From Octopus sinensis (taxonomy: Eukaryota), in NCBI RefSeq assembly GCF_006345805.1, contig NC_042999.1, positions 86,614,001 through 86,678,000 on the forward strand: a stretch of 64,000 bases of DNA. The letters run 5' to 3'. The position numbers and the translations under genes are program-made. Shown piece by piece: positions 38,614 to 50,827 of the stretch (its first letter is position 1; every line of letters begins with the position of its first letter). The notes under the pieces are model-generated. The model had not been told where the DNA came from. It saw nothing but the letters and a program-made list of their open reading frames with translations, and made no database searches.

Positions 38614-38632
38614 CATTATTATTATTATTATA

Positions 38633-38665
<33 letters not shown>

Positions 38666-38787
38666 GTTGTTGTTGTTGTTTTTGTTGTTGTTTTTGTTGT
38701 TGTTGTTGTTGTGTTGTTGTTGTTGTTATCATTGTGATGATAACTCACAGCTTATTTTGCTGGGTATGATGGAGAGTGTTAGTTATC

Positions 38788-38849
<62 letters not shown>

Positions 38850-38860
38850 GTCGTAGTAGT
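38497..38860. repeat. (TAT)n/(TGT)n microsatellites
   Basis: Read directly. Confidence 0.97.
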
Positions 38861-39058
38861 AGTAGTACTTTGTATGTATGTATATATATATATTTGCCAA
38901 TTTGACTTCATATAAGTACGTATGAACGTATGCCTGCAGATTCGTGAGTATGTGTGCCTGTACGCTGACAAACTCAAGCACACACAGAAAACGAGACATG
39001 TAGTTAAACGCATGCTATATATATATGAGTGTATATTTATCTTGCCACCAACCGTCTA

Positions 39059-39146
<88 letters not shown>

Positions 39147-39278
39147 ATCTATCTATCTATCTCTATCTATCTATCTATCTATCTAAGTATTTATCTATCT
39201 ATCCGTCTGTCTGCTTCTCATTCTTTTTCTCTCTCTCACACTTAATATATATATATACATATATACATACATATATAT

Positions 39279-39354
<76 letters not shown>

Positions 39355-39490
39355 TGTGTCTGTGTGTGTGTATGTCAGTGTGTGTACACGCATATATATA
39401 TGTACATATATATATATATGTGTACACGCATATATATATATATATATAGATAGATAATATATAGATAGAAAGATAGATAGATTGATAACT

Positions 39491-39568
<78 letters not shown>

Positions 39569-39621
39569 TATCAATCTAACCCCAATAACAAAACCTGGCT
39601 TATATATACATATATACATAC

Positions 39622-39653
<32 letters not shown>

Positions 39654-39729
39654 ACACGCATACACACGCATATATATATATATTTACAGATAGATAGATA
39701 GATAAATAGATAGATAGATAGATAAATAA

Positions 39730-39817
<88 letters not shown>

Positions 39818-40301
39818 ATATCAATCTAACCCCAATAACAAAACCTGGCTTACTTCTGTCACGCTCGCAGTTTGTTGTTTTACTCTTTTCCCTATACGCC
39901 ATTTTCTCTTTATTTTAATATCTCTATATAGAACTGTTATCTTGCCTACGTATCTTCTTTTTCCAAACATCAAAAGGATCAAAGTTACCATTATTTTTAG
40001 GACATTTTATAAGATTATTTATTGAATCTTCGCATTTTTTTTTTTATTTTTCTAATTTTTACAAGTTGTTATGAGAGTGCAAAAGAGGTCCAAGCAATGC
40101 CAGAGAAACTTGAAAAAGAAATTAGATAAGTATTCCTTTGATATATTTTTCGATCAAATTAGACAATAAATAAATGAAGAAATAAATATATAAATAAATA
40201 ATAATTTGGCAAACATCATTTAATAATGTGAAATATTTGTGAAGATGAAATGCTTGATTTATCATTTTTTCCCCTTTTTTATGTTATTTTATTATACTTA
40301 C

Positions 40302-40374
40302 CTTTTTCGCCCGATAATGATGGAATTTTGCTGAAGGGGAATCTCGTTTAAGTTTGATGGCAACTTTCAATTGA
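40302..40374 (-). other. Candidate 73-nt internal exon
   Basis: Long pyrimidine tract, ttatag| acceptor and AAG|gtaagt donor. One open frame: QLKVAIKLKRDSPSAKFHHYRAKK. No recognised homology. Confidence 0.3.
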
Positions 40375-40761
40375 CTATAAACAGCACGAATGTATAAGAT
40401 GTATAAGATGTAAGATAGAGGGAGGGAGAGAAAGAGAAGGGGAGGGGAGAGAAAGTGAGAAAGAGAAATAGAGGGAGGGAAACACAACAGCTGTATGTGC
40501 ATTACTATTGAAAGATACTAACAGTGCAGATTTCAACAGTTAAACCTCGCAACACACTCAAATAAATTCTCAGAAACTAGAAACTTTTATATAAAATTCT
40601 ATCAAGGCAAAAAACAAGTTAGAAAAATACAATTTTTCAAATGTATATTTATCATACGTGTATATATATAATTTATATTTTTTAAGTACGAAATACATCA
40701 TTAACATCTACATATGTATGTTTATATATATATATATGTATATGGATATATGTATTTATAA

Positions 40762-40807
<46 letters not shown>

Positions 40808-40964
40808 ATATATATATACACATACACATATACACACACACGCATATAAATGCAAGCACATAATTAAGTGTATGTATGTATTTATGTGTGTGTATGTATG
40901 TATGTGTGTGTAAGTATGTATATATGTGTGTGCATGTATGTATGTATGTATGTGTGCATGTATG

Positions 40965-40998
<34 letters not shown>

Positions 40999-41769
40999 TG
41001 TATGTATGTATGTATGTATTTATGTACATATGGTAGATGTTCCCTTTATATTTTCGGTGATCTGGTGAGTTAGCTTCCTTTATTTGCATTAATTTGTAAA
41101 TATACGATTGTATTGAATAATACTGAGCGTTCATATTGACCTAAACATGTATGTGCATGGTTGCATGCTGTAATTAATAATACTACTCATTGAAAGCTAC
41201 GAAACAGCTGTAATGATATAGAAGTCATATGGGGAAAAAAATCTATGCTCATATCTCACAGCGCCTCACTTTATACTTTATTTTTACCCCATAGAAAAAA
41301 TTATTGTTTGGATTCCCTGGACTTTTAGCTGCACGGATATATTCCATTACATCCGAATGTGTGTGGAGGGGTGAGAGATAACTGGGAATGCTGCTTGATT
41401 CTCCAAAAGTCCAGCTTTTCTACTACCCTCATATATTCATACATACAAGCATACCTACATGTATATATATGTATACATGTATGTTTGTGTATGTGTGTGT
41501 ACGTGTGCGTGTATGGTTGTATAACAAATAGCTTTATAGTCTATTGCCCATAAGATGGCTACATACAATATATTGTCCATAAATGACTACACAAAACTGA
41601 ATGATCATATAAAACAGACGTGCTTCATTATCAGGTGGCTTACATTGCTAAAATATTTGAGATAATTTTCGTTTGTCGTGCCATGTAGAAAGTTCTGCAG
41701 ACAGTAGGTTATTCATGACTGATCTAAATTCGACAACGTACATGTATATTCATTTTTACATTAGCATTA

Positions 41770-42570
41770 AGCCTAAAGTAATATTGCTTTCAAATTAAGA
41801 CCAGCAAATTCGGGAGTATGGAGTAAGTTGGTTACAATGATTCCAGCGATTATCAACTCTGAAAGACGAAAGGAAAAGTCGACCCCGGCAGCTTTTGAAC
41901 TCAGAATGTAAAGTTGGAGAAATTGCCGCAAAGCATTTTTCTTGGCACGATAACGATTTTGCCAGCTCGCCACCTTAGCCTAAAGAAATATTGGCTTTAA
42001 ATATTGGTACAAGGCCATCGGTTTTTGTTGGGGTAGAGGCGCCTAGACAATCACATTTTATTGCATCCGAAAGGATGAAAGTCGACTTTGACAGAATTTG
42101 AACTCAAGACGTAAGGACGGACGAAATGCTGCTAAGAATTTTGTCCGTCCAGCTTGTCGCTTTGCCTAAAGTAATAGTTTGACACAAAGCCAGCAAATTT
42201 GGGTTAAAAAATAAGTCGATTACATCGACTTCAGTGTTCAATTGACACTTATTTTATCGATCTTGGAAGAATAAAGACAGACGAAATAACGCTTATGCTT
42301 TTTTGTCCGGCGCGGTAATGATTCTAACAGCTCAACGCCTTTGCCAAAAGTAATACCGGTTTCAAATTTTGGCACAGGGCCAGCAATTTCGGGAGAGGGA
42401 TTAAGTCGATTACATTGAACCCGGAGTTCAACTGGGTTCAGCTGGTACTGGTTCAACTGGTACTTATTTCATCGACCCTGAAAAAAATGAAAGACAAAGT
42501 TGACTTCAGCGGAATTTGAACTCAGAGCATAATGACGGGCGAAATGCAACCATTCTGCCAGCTCGTTACA
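41770..42570 (-). mobile_element. Array of about 4 diverged type-B-related SINEs
   Basis: Recurrent GAAAGTCGAC...TTTGAACTCAGA and AAGTCGATTACAT motifs on the reverse strand. Confidence 0.7.
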
Positions 42571-42755
42571 TTTTTGCCCAAAGTAATATTAATATGTGAC
42601 TGAGCGTTTGTGTTTTCTGTATGTACCAACAAATGTGTAACTCATATCAAACATTTATTATAATGTTTAAACAATAAAATGTATATAATGTAAATTGTAT
42701 TTCTTACACCGCATCTTCCAGTCTCTCTCTGCCTCCCTTTCTCCCTCTCCCACTT

Positions 42756-42844
<89 letters not shown>

Positions 42845-43100
42845 GTCTATCTCTGTCTTTTGAAATGTACTTTCCATGTTTTCCTGTGACCAAATATATG
42901 TTGTTCTCTAAGTAAAGTAAAGCATATTTTATACCCGAAATCCTAACACATGGTGTATATACTTATGAAGCGAGATAACTGGTACGCATACGTATGTAGT
43001 GAGATACATGGTACATATATTTTCTTGTTTTTTTGTGTTTTTGTATATAGCTTTTTTTAACACTATCTTATAGGATGCCCTTATCTATCTATCTACCTAT

Positions 43101-43235
<135 letters not shown>

Positions 43236-44371
43236 CGGGTCTCTTTGTCTATGTATGTATGTATGCATGTATGTATGTATGTATGTATGTATGTATGTAT
43301 GTATGTATGTTGGTATGTATGTATGCATTCAGTCATTAAATTGCAACCGTGATAGAGTGCCGCCATATTAGATTAGTCAAACAAATCGAACCAGTACTTG
43401 AATCTGAACACAAATGTCGTGCATAAAAATGATAATTTTCTGGGTTATTAAAGTCATCTTTAGTCTGTATATTTACAATATTTACATTTGCACTATGTTT
43501 CGATTCGTTTTCATCTGCTATCGTCATCAGGAGTTTCCTTCGTAGATGTGCTCATAATAACTAACTGGATCGCGACCTGAAACTTTCATTTCTAAAGTAT
43601 CTAACACAAATCCGAGGTAAAAAGAAAAAACAGAAAAAGAATCTAGAGATATTATACTGCCGATTAGCGGAAGTTATTTTCGTTGTTCAGCCCCAAATCA
43701 GCTCCGTTGGTTATTTCTTCGTGTTTGTTTTACAGATAGTGTTTTAAGGATTACGTTTTCCAGAGGCATACCCGAACTTACGTCGTTAATGGGTTCTAAG
43801 ACATGCGACTTAACTTTAAAAACGATGTAGCACGAAAAGTCATAATAAAAATATTATTAGCATATATTTGTTTCCATAAATGGTTTGTACATATTTTCAC
43901 ATGCATTTAATCTGATTCTCCACTTCAGCATTGGTTTACAAGTGTTTTTTAAAATTTTTATACTGTAATTATGTCCCATGAGACCGACATAAATTCGAAT
44001 AAATCGACTGAAATTGAGGTTTATTTTTTTAAAAAAGAAAGGATGCAAAATCACCAAAGACGTAACTCAAAACGGCGTAAGCTGAGGTATGCCAGTACTT
44101 TTGAAGACTGTCGGTATGTGATTTGAGATAGATTTCGTAGTCATTTCTGTAGGTCGTGTGACCATGGAAGGTAGGTTCTCGTCTATTCATTTTTCATGCT
44201 GTAACTAAATAAAGTCATGGTAGATGCAGCAATTAATCCGTTCTTTTTTTCATTTCAAAGTTTGCATTTAGTTAGTCTTGTGGCTATTGATATACAGGTA
44301 TCTTTCAGAACACTTAGAATTCATAAGCTTCCAATGTTCCGAATAAGCTTCCATGGCTGTAAGACACTGCT

Positions 44372-44442
44372 GACTGATATGCATACGTCTGTGTCTTTCA
44401 ACTAAAACTTTAGTTGAAGACACAGATGTGTGCATATCAGTC
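44372..44442. repeat. 32-33-bp inverted repeat (hairpin, 6-nt loop)
   Basis: GACTGATATGCATACGTCTGTGTCTTTCAACTA versus TAGTTGAAGACACAGATGTGTGCATATCAGTC: 2 mismatches and 1 bulge. Confidence 0.9.
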
Positions 44443-44625
44443 TTGTTTTTCTAAAATGCACCATAAATGTTCAATAATATTGAGATCTGGGGACTGTGGT
44501 AGCCAGATAAGATGGTCAACTCCACTAGAATGTTCCTCGAGCCATTCAGTAACAACTATAGCTGTGTGAATTGGTGCATTATCACCCTGAAAGATTACGT
44601 TTCCCTCCGGAAACATCTGTGTCTT
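44443..44625 (-). mobile_element. Tc1-like transposase fragment with the second D and the E of the triad (D36E)
   Basis: FPEGNVIFQGDNAPIHTAIVVTEWLEEHSSGVDHLIWLPQSPDLNIIEHLWCILEKQ. D at 44581-44583, E at 44470-44472. Confidence 0.9.
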
Positions 44626-44674
44626 TGCCCGTATATATTATATATATATATATATATTATATATATATATATAT

Positions 44675-44728
<54 letters not shown>

Positions 44729-44760
44729 TGTCTGAGTGAGTGTGTGTGTGTACGTACATA

Positions 44761-45896
44761 CAGGGGTTGGACAAAATAATGGAAACACCTAGCATCATAA
44801 TTTTGAAATATCTATAAAACCCTCAAAAGCATGTTTATTTTTTATGTTTTTTTTTACTTATTATTAGTGTTGCTTAATATGTTTTGTTAAAATTGCTGTT
44901 TCTTTTCAGATATCATAAAAAAAAAAGATAATTAAAATTCAAAGTGGTCTAATTGTTAGTGCTCGTATGGCAGGTGCTAGCATAACAGCCGAAATGTTTG
45001 GTGTATCAAGAAGTACTGTCTCAAAAGTAATGACAGCCTTTGAGAAAGAAGGAAACAAACCTCCTCGTCGAAACAAAACTTCGGAAGAAAACCAAAACTT
45101 TCAGATAGGGACTGTCGGTGTCTGACGCGAATTGTTAGAAAGGATCACAAAAATACAGCTCCCCAAATTACTGAAGAGCTTAATGTCCACCTCGAGAACC
45201 CAGTTTCCACAAAAACCGTTTGCCGGAAGCTGCACAAAGCCGGATTTCACGGGAGGGCACCAATTAGAAAACCACTTCTTTCAAAAACAAAGGTTGCAAA
45301 GCGTTTAGAGTGGAGTAAAAACCTACAGAATTGGTTCCTAGAGCAGTGGAAGTATGTTATTTTCTCGGACGAGTCATCTTTCACCTTATTTCCGACCACC
45401 GGCCGAGTATACGTGTGGAGACAGCCAAAAGAAGCATTTGTCCCAGTCTGCCTTCTTCCAACTGTTAAGCATGGAGGAGGATCTGTGATGATCTGGGGGT
45501 GCTATATCTTGGAAATCCGCCGGCCCAATGGTTTCCCTTCGTGGTTTAGGAACTGTTTCCGAAGGGAAACGTAATCTATAGTTGTTACTGAATGGCACGA
45601 GGAACATTCTAGTGAAGTTGAACATCTTATCTGGCCAATATCTCGATATTATTGAACATTTATGGTACATTTTAGAAAAAAACAAGTAATGAGCCGATAT
45701 CCTCCATCATCATCACTTCAAGAACTGGAGATTGTTTTAGTTGAAGATTGGACAAAAATTCCTTTGAAAACAATTCAAACTTTGTACGAGTCCACACCCC
45801 GTAGAATTCAAGCTGTAATTTCTGCGGTCCTACCCCCAAATAAAAATAAATTTGTTTGAAATTTTAAGGTGTTTCCATTATTTTGTCCAACCTCTG
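44761..45896 (+). mobile_element. Tc1-like DNA transposon, internally deleted
   Basis: 29-bp TIRs CAG(G/A)GGTTGGACAAAATAATGGAAACACC with 1 mismatch. TA at left, TGTA at right. Transposase motifs VSRSTVSK, GRKPKLS, FSDESSF, TVKHGGGSVMIWG and PRRIQAVI. Confidence 0.95.
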
Positions 45897-45952
45897 TGTA
45901 TATAAACAAAAGTAAAACATTATAAATAATAATGCTGGCTTATTTGCAATTT

Positions 45953-46021
<69 letters not shown>

Positions 46022-46051
46022 CTATTAAATATATATACATAGATATGTGTG

Positions 46052-46121
<70 letters not shown>

Positions 46122-46142
46122 GTATCTATGTTTACACACGCA

Positions 46143-46183
<41 letters not shown>

Positions 46184-46191
46184 CACACACA

Positions 46192-46222
<31 letters not shown>

Positions 46223-46711
46223 CACGGATATAATGTCATTTGGAAACCCATTAGTTTTACATCTCGTTTCACGCTCTCAACATATCAGACGACAGACGAC
46301 TTGTGCCTATGTAATAAAATATCTTTGTTGTTATTCTCTTGGTGAGTTACATTCATGTCTCTGTTTCGATCCCCAGATGAAGACTTTTATCATTAATTGG
46401 GTCTTTAGTTGAATTTATCCCAAAGGCATAAGTGATATCCTTTAACTGTAATCGAGAAGATAAGGCAAAAAAAAAAAGCGGGTGGGGTGCAGGGAGAGAC
46501 AAAACATAGGACGTTATGAATTTAAGAGTGCTTGCCTATATGTAAGAAATAACATTTAGCACTCCGTTAGTGGATTTCTGTTGATATTGTTTTATTGTTG
46601 TCGAAATTGTTCTTGATGATGATGATGATGATCATGATGATGATGATGACGACGATGATGGCAATGATGGTGATGATGACCTCGTTGTCTTCAGTGAGTC
46701 TGTCACATAAC

Positions 46712-46735
46712 CTGTATTAACACTTCTCTTGGCAA
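46712..46735 (-). other. Candidate 24-nt micro-exon
   Basis: tttcctttcactttacag| TTGCCAAGAGAAGTGTTAATACAG |gttatg. Phase 1-1 reading (V)AKRSVNT. Confidence 0.25.
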
Positions 46736-47699
46736 CTGTAAAGTGAAAGGAAATGTAAACCCAGTGGTTGTAGATATCGTACGATAAACTTAACTCTCAC
46801 GCTTCACTAGGCTGAGATCAGGATTGTTATAAAAATGATATGTAATGTAATATTTATATGTATAATGATAAAAAAGTGTAACAATTTAAAATGGCATTGA
46901 AAGAAGAAACCGAAGTGTTTTCTTTTCTTTTTGCGTTATGTTGAATGTTTTAACATGGGGCCCTTCAGTGAACACTGCAGAACAATCAGGAACATTATCA
47001 AAACTAAGCAAAACAAATAATTTTAAGACATATGTTCTATGAAGAATCACGTGATTGCGTACGCAGGAAAATTTAAGATCTTATGATTAAAATGTGTGCT
47101 TTGTAAAATATGTAAGAGATGAAAATTCATTTTCTTCTACTTTTTATTAAATGGTATCATAATGCGAATGATTGGAATCTAAGTATCTGGATACCGAATG
47201 AATATGAGATGGTAAAAAGAGACGTTTAAAGGACACGTTGATGTACTTGTATCTGTAGAACACACGAAGTAATTAATTAATTAAAAATCAACAATAACAA
47301 CATTTCGAAAATCGTCACCTGACATAAACTTTTTCTGGGCCGCGCTGACTCGAAAGCTATTCATGGGGTTTCCTGAAGCGAGCAAGTACGCAGATTACGT
47401 GACCAGAAACAAAAAAGAAAGCCGATAAAGGGATAAGACGCTGTTTTTATGTAATCTTTATTCATTTATTTCTGTTATTCAATCTTTGTGAAATGATTAA
47501 CATGTTCATGTACTACCCCTTTTTAAATATAACTAAGTCTTTTGCTGACACATTTCGAGCTTCCATGATAATGGAGACGTCGGACAAAAACATTATACAA
47601 ATGACGAATTTCGTGGAAATCTCTAGACGAAAAGTGTCCTTGTTTGAGTAAGTTCTGTAAAAACAAACAAAAAACAACAAAAACAAAAACAGCATAAAA

Positions 47700-49300
47700 G
47701 CAATAATATAGAAACGCATAAAGTCTACAAGGGAATAGCAAGAGATTCAAACTCAGATAGAAAGGTGGCTATAATTAATTTGGGTCCTCAAAAGCGAAGA
47801 TAGAAAGTTCGGTGGAAATATGGTTTCAACCGAAAGAGAAGCAAAAACGCATTCATAAATCCCCTAAAAAATAAGGAACTAGTCCTCAGACTAATCCATC
47901 ATGCCTGGAGAAGAGGAAAATTAGGAGCGGTGGATGTTTCAACTGAAATCAACGTCTTCTGGCTGACGGCAACCTTGCCAAAAACAACTATCCTCGGAGT
48001 CTCTTCGAAGTCCAGATGCTGCACCAGAAAAACCAGGACAGTTGGGGAAATGAAGGTTCTGGTCCAAACAGATCAGCAGAACCTGGATTTCGTTCCCAAC
48101 CTAATCAACTGACTAAATTGTACAATTGTTCACAGTGATAGAGGCTAGAAGAGTCAGGTGCCATATATGTGGTGGAGACGACCATCTAAGAGCTTTCTGC
48201 TTGCAACAGCCAAGAAAAGAAGTACGGCTGCCAACACTCCCACTCAAAAACAGTATCATCAAAGATAGACGTAGGAACAACAAAAACAGCAGCAACAAGG
48301 AAGGCGGCCGTTGATAACAAAACAATAGTGATATTAGCAGCTGCAGCAAAAACAAAATCAGCAGCAACGCCAGTATTGACAAAAACAAGAACAACTGCGG
48401 CTATCACAGCAATAACAACAGTAACCAACAGCGGCAGGAACAACAATAGCAACAGACACCGACAATATCACCAAATCACACAAGACTCAATGATAACAAA
48501 AAAAAAGAGCAAATCGACAAAACCGAACAAGATAAATTTTTCTTTCCCTCTGATCTCTCAGGAAGCCGTCGCGAGAAGAAAGGGAAAAGGTCAGATCAGT
48601 CAACACAGAAAGCCGGGAGGTGTGAGAAGGAAGCAGAGTTTCCTTTATACATCAACATACCTCAGCACTGACACTATGAAAAACACAAACCAACAGCATC
48701 CCAAACAACAGTACCAATAGCATCCTTAAAAAAAATCACAAACTTCACAGCTATAAGCAAAAGCAGCGACGTAATAGGCTACATAAATCAATAAACGACA
48801 AGCCCTTCGTAACTCAATGTCACAATATTTTACCTACACATTCATCAAAGAAACTATTCAAGAGATTTCTAGTGATTTTAAAACTAAATTTTCCGAAATA
48901 TAGTAAATAAAGACAGCAAAAATAGTTGATTGAGATACTCCCTCAGTTAGCACCTAACCGGGAAACTAGATCACCCATCCTTCCACAGAAACAAGGTAAG
49001 TAACCTCTCCCCTCTTCAACTTTCACCTTTCTGGCCTTTACTCAGAATAGCTTGCATAAAGCTACGTAACCTGGGGGCGCCTTGGAATAAAAGTCATTAA
49101 CTCAACCATCTCAGGCTGCTGATAGAAATGTAGCTTGTTATCTGTGAGGATAGAATTTCCGGGAAACACACTTTTGCGCCTAACTTCGACGACTACAAGA
49201 TGAATGAATATCTAAGTCAAACTGGATCGAGAATCTGAGTAGCAGTGTTGTTCCAGAGAGATCTGCATTTCAAAATACATCTTCTTGGAGTCAAAAAGTA
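47700..49300 (+). mobile_element. 5' part of a decayed Tx1/L1-clade LINE: ORF1 (CCHC knuckle) and start of the ORF2 APE
   Basis: CHICGGDDHLRAFC (CX2CX4HX4C) at about 48159-48200, low-complexity tail, then LRIACIKLRNLGAPWNK...VICEDRISG..FAPNF...VAVLF at 49041-49290. Confidence 0.7.
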
Positions 49301-49312
49301 ATTCGATGGTAA

Positions 49313-49695
49313 TCTCTCTCTATATAAACGGCAGTTTGTCTGTGCGTGTTTCTGTGTGTCTGTTTGCTTGTACCCTCACCCTGACCACGGCTTTCAACCG
49401 ATTCTGATGAAACTTGACACACACATAGCCCAATGTCATAATTCAAAACTAACGCAGCGAAAATTTTGAAAAGTTCCCCCAGTTCTGAAAAAAATCGATA
49501 AATTCGACATGGGGTCGAGAATTAGAAACACAAACCGCAAACTGTCTAGGGGGCGCAACTCCACCTTTTTTAACTAAAAAAAAAATTTACCATCATTTTT
49601 TTCCATTTTTTTGCTATTTTTTGGCTATAACTCTCTAAAAATGCTTTATAGTTATTTCCCTTACAAACCTGAGCAACACCGGGCGATACTGCTAG
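49313..49695 (+). mobile_element. Complete ~383-bp non-autonomous Helitron-like element
   Basis: A|TC start and CCTGAGCAACACCGGGCGATACTGCTAG|T end. Highly similar to the reverse complement of 60949-61332. Confidence 0.8.
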
Positions 49696-49779
49696 TGGTG
49701 GATATAGGCGTGAACGGGGAAGAAGGCCATAATTTCAGTCTAGTAGTCGTTTATGTCGCAAAAGGAGCAGAAAAATAGT

Positions 49780-50320
49780 TGGCCACATCACTAACACCGC
49801 TTGCAGTATTTGTCTCTCCACTTTACAGTTCTGAGATTAAATTCTGATTTTATCAACTTTACCTTTCGTCCTTTCGGTAGTCGATAAAATGAAGTACTCA
49901 AGTGCCGGAACTGATGGTATCAGCTAACCACGACCTTCCTAATTTCACTCTTTCAGCTCATGTTAGAAATTATTATTCTGCGTGCCTCATTAGTAGAGTC
50001 GTTAGATCACTGTTGAAAAATATTTTGCAGTATTTTTCTTGGTTTTTAATGTTCTGATTTCAAATCCTGTTGAGCTTAACTTTGCCTTTCATACTTCCAG
50101 GGTTGATAGAATGTACCAGTCAGTTATTGGATCAATGATATCGGCTAACCCCTTCCTTCAGAGTTACTGACCTTGTGCTTATTCCGTCTCGATCGAGTTT
50201 ACTTTTCATCCTTTCAGGGTCGATAGCATAAGTTCCAGTTGAGCACAGGAGTCAATGTCATCGGGTATCTCCTTTCCACAAATTTCAGGCCTTGTGCCAA
50301 TAATGGATAGAATTATGATT
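49780..50320 (+). mobile_element. Array of about 3 diverged type-B-related SINEs
   Basis: Recurrent CTTTCATCCTTTC.GGGTCGATA and GGCCTTGTGCC motifs. Confidence 0.6.
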
Positions 50321-50707
50321 ATTATTTTAATTACTATTGGAGTTTGTCTTGCCGTCACTGATGCTATTTTAGTGTTTCCTCTGTTGTGTAAAGTATGTGC
50401 AGTGAGTCCTCTGTTATTTTGCTGGTTGATGAATAGATTAGTGCTATCTGCTTCAGTGTCAGACGGTGATTGTGTATACTTTGCGGTGTGTGGTTTGTGT
50501 TGCATTAATGGTTTGCAGCTGTGTGGAATGGGAGTTGTGTTAGTTAATGGTATAATAGTGTCGGGTAACGGTTATGTGTGTGTGGTGATATTTTGTAGGT
50601 GCTGATTGTATATAGTATGAGTTGTGAGTAGTCTTTATATATATGTATATATATATATACATATATATACATATATATATATATATATCTATATATATTA
50701 TTGTTAC

Positions 50708-50750
<43 letters not shown>

Positions 50751-50796
50751 GTTGTTGTTGTTGTTGTTGTTATTGTTATTATTATTATTATTATTG

Positions 50797-50827
<31 letters not shown>

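Noticed and set aside
47523-47656. SIIMEARNVSAKDL resembling the start of a C2 domain, after a strong minus-strand acceptor
   Set aside because: The frame stops within a few codons, there is no good donor and no SDPY motif. Treated as chance.
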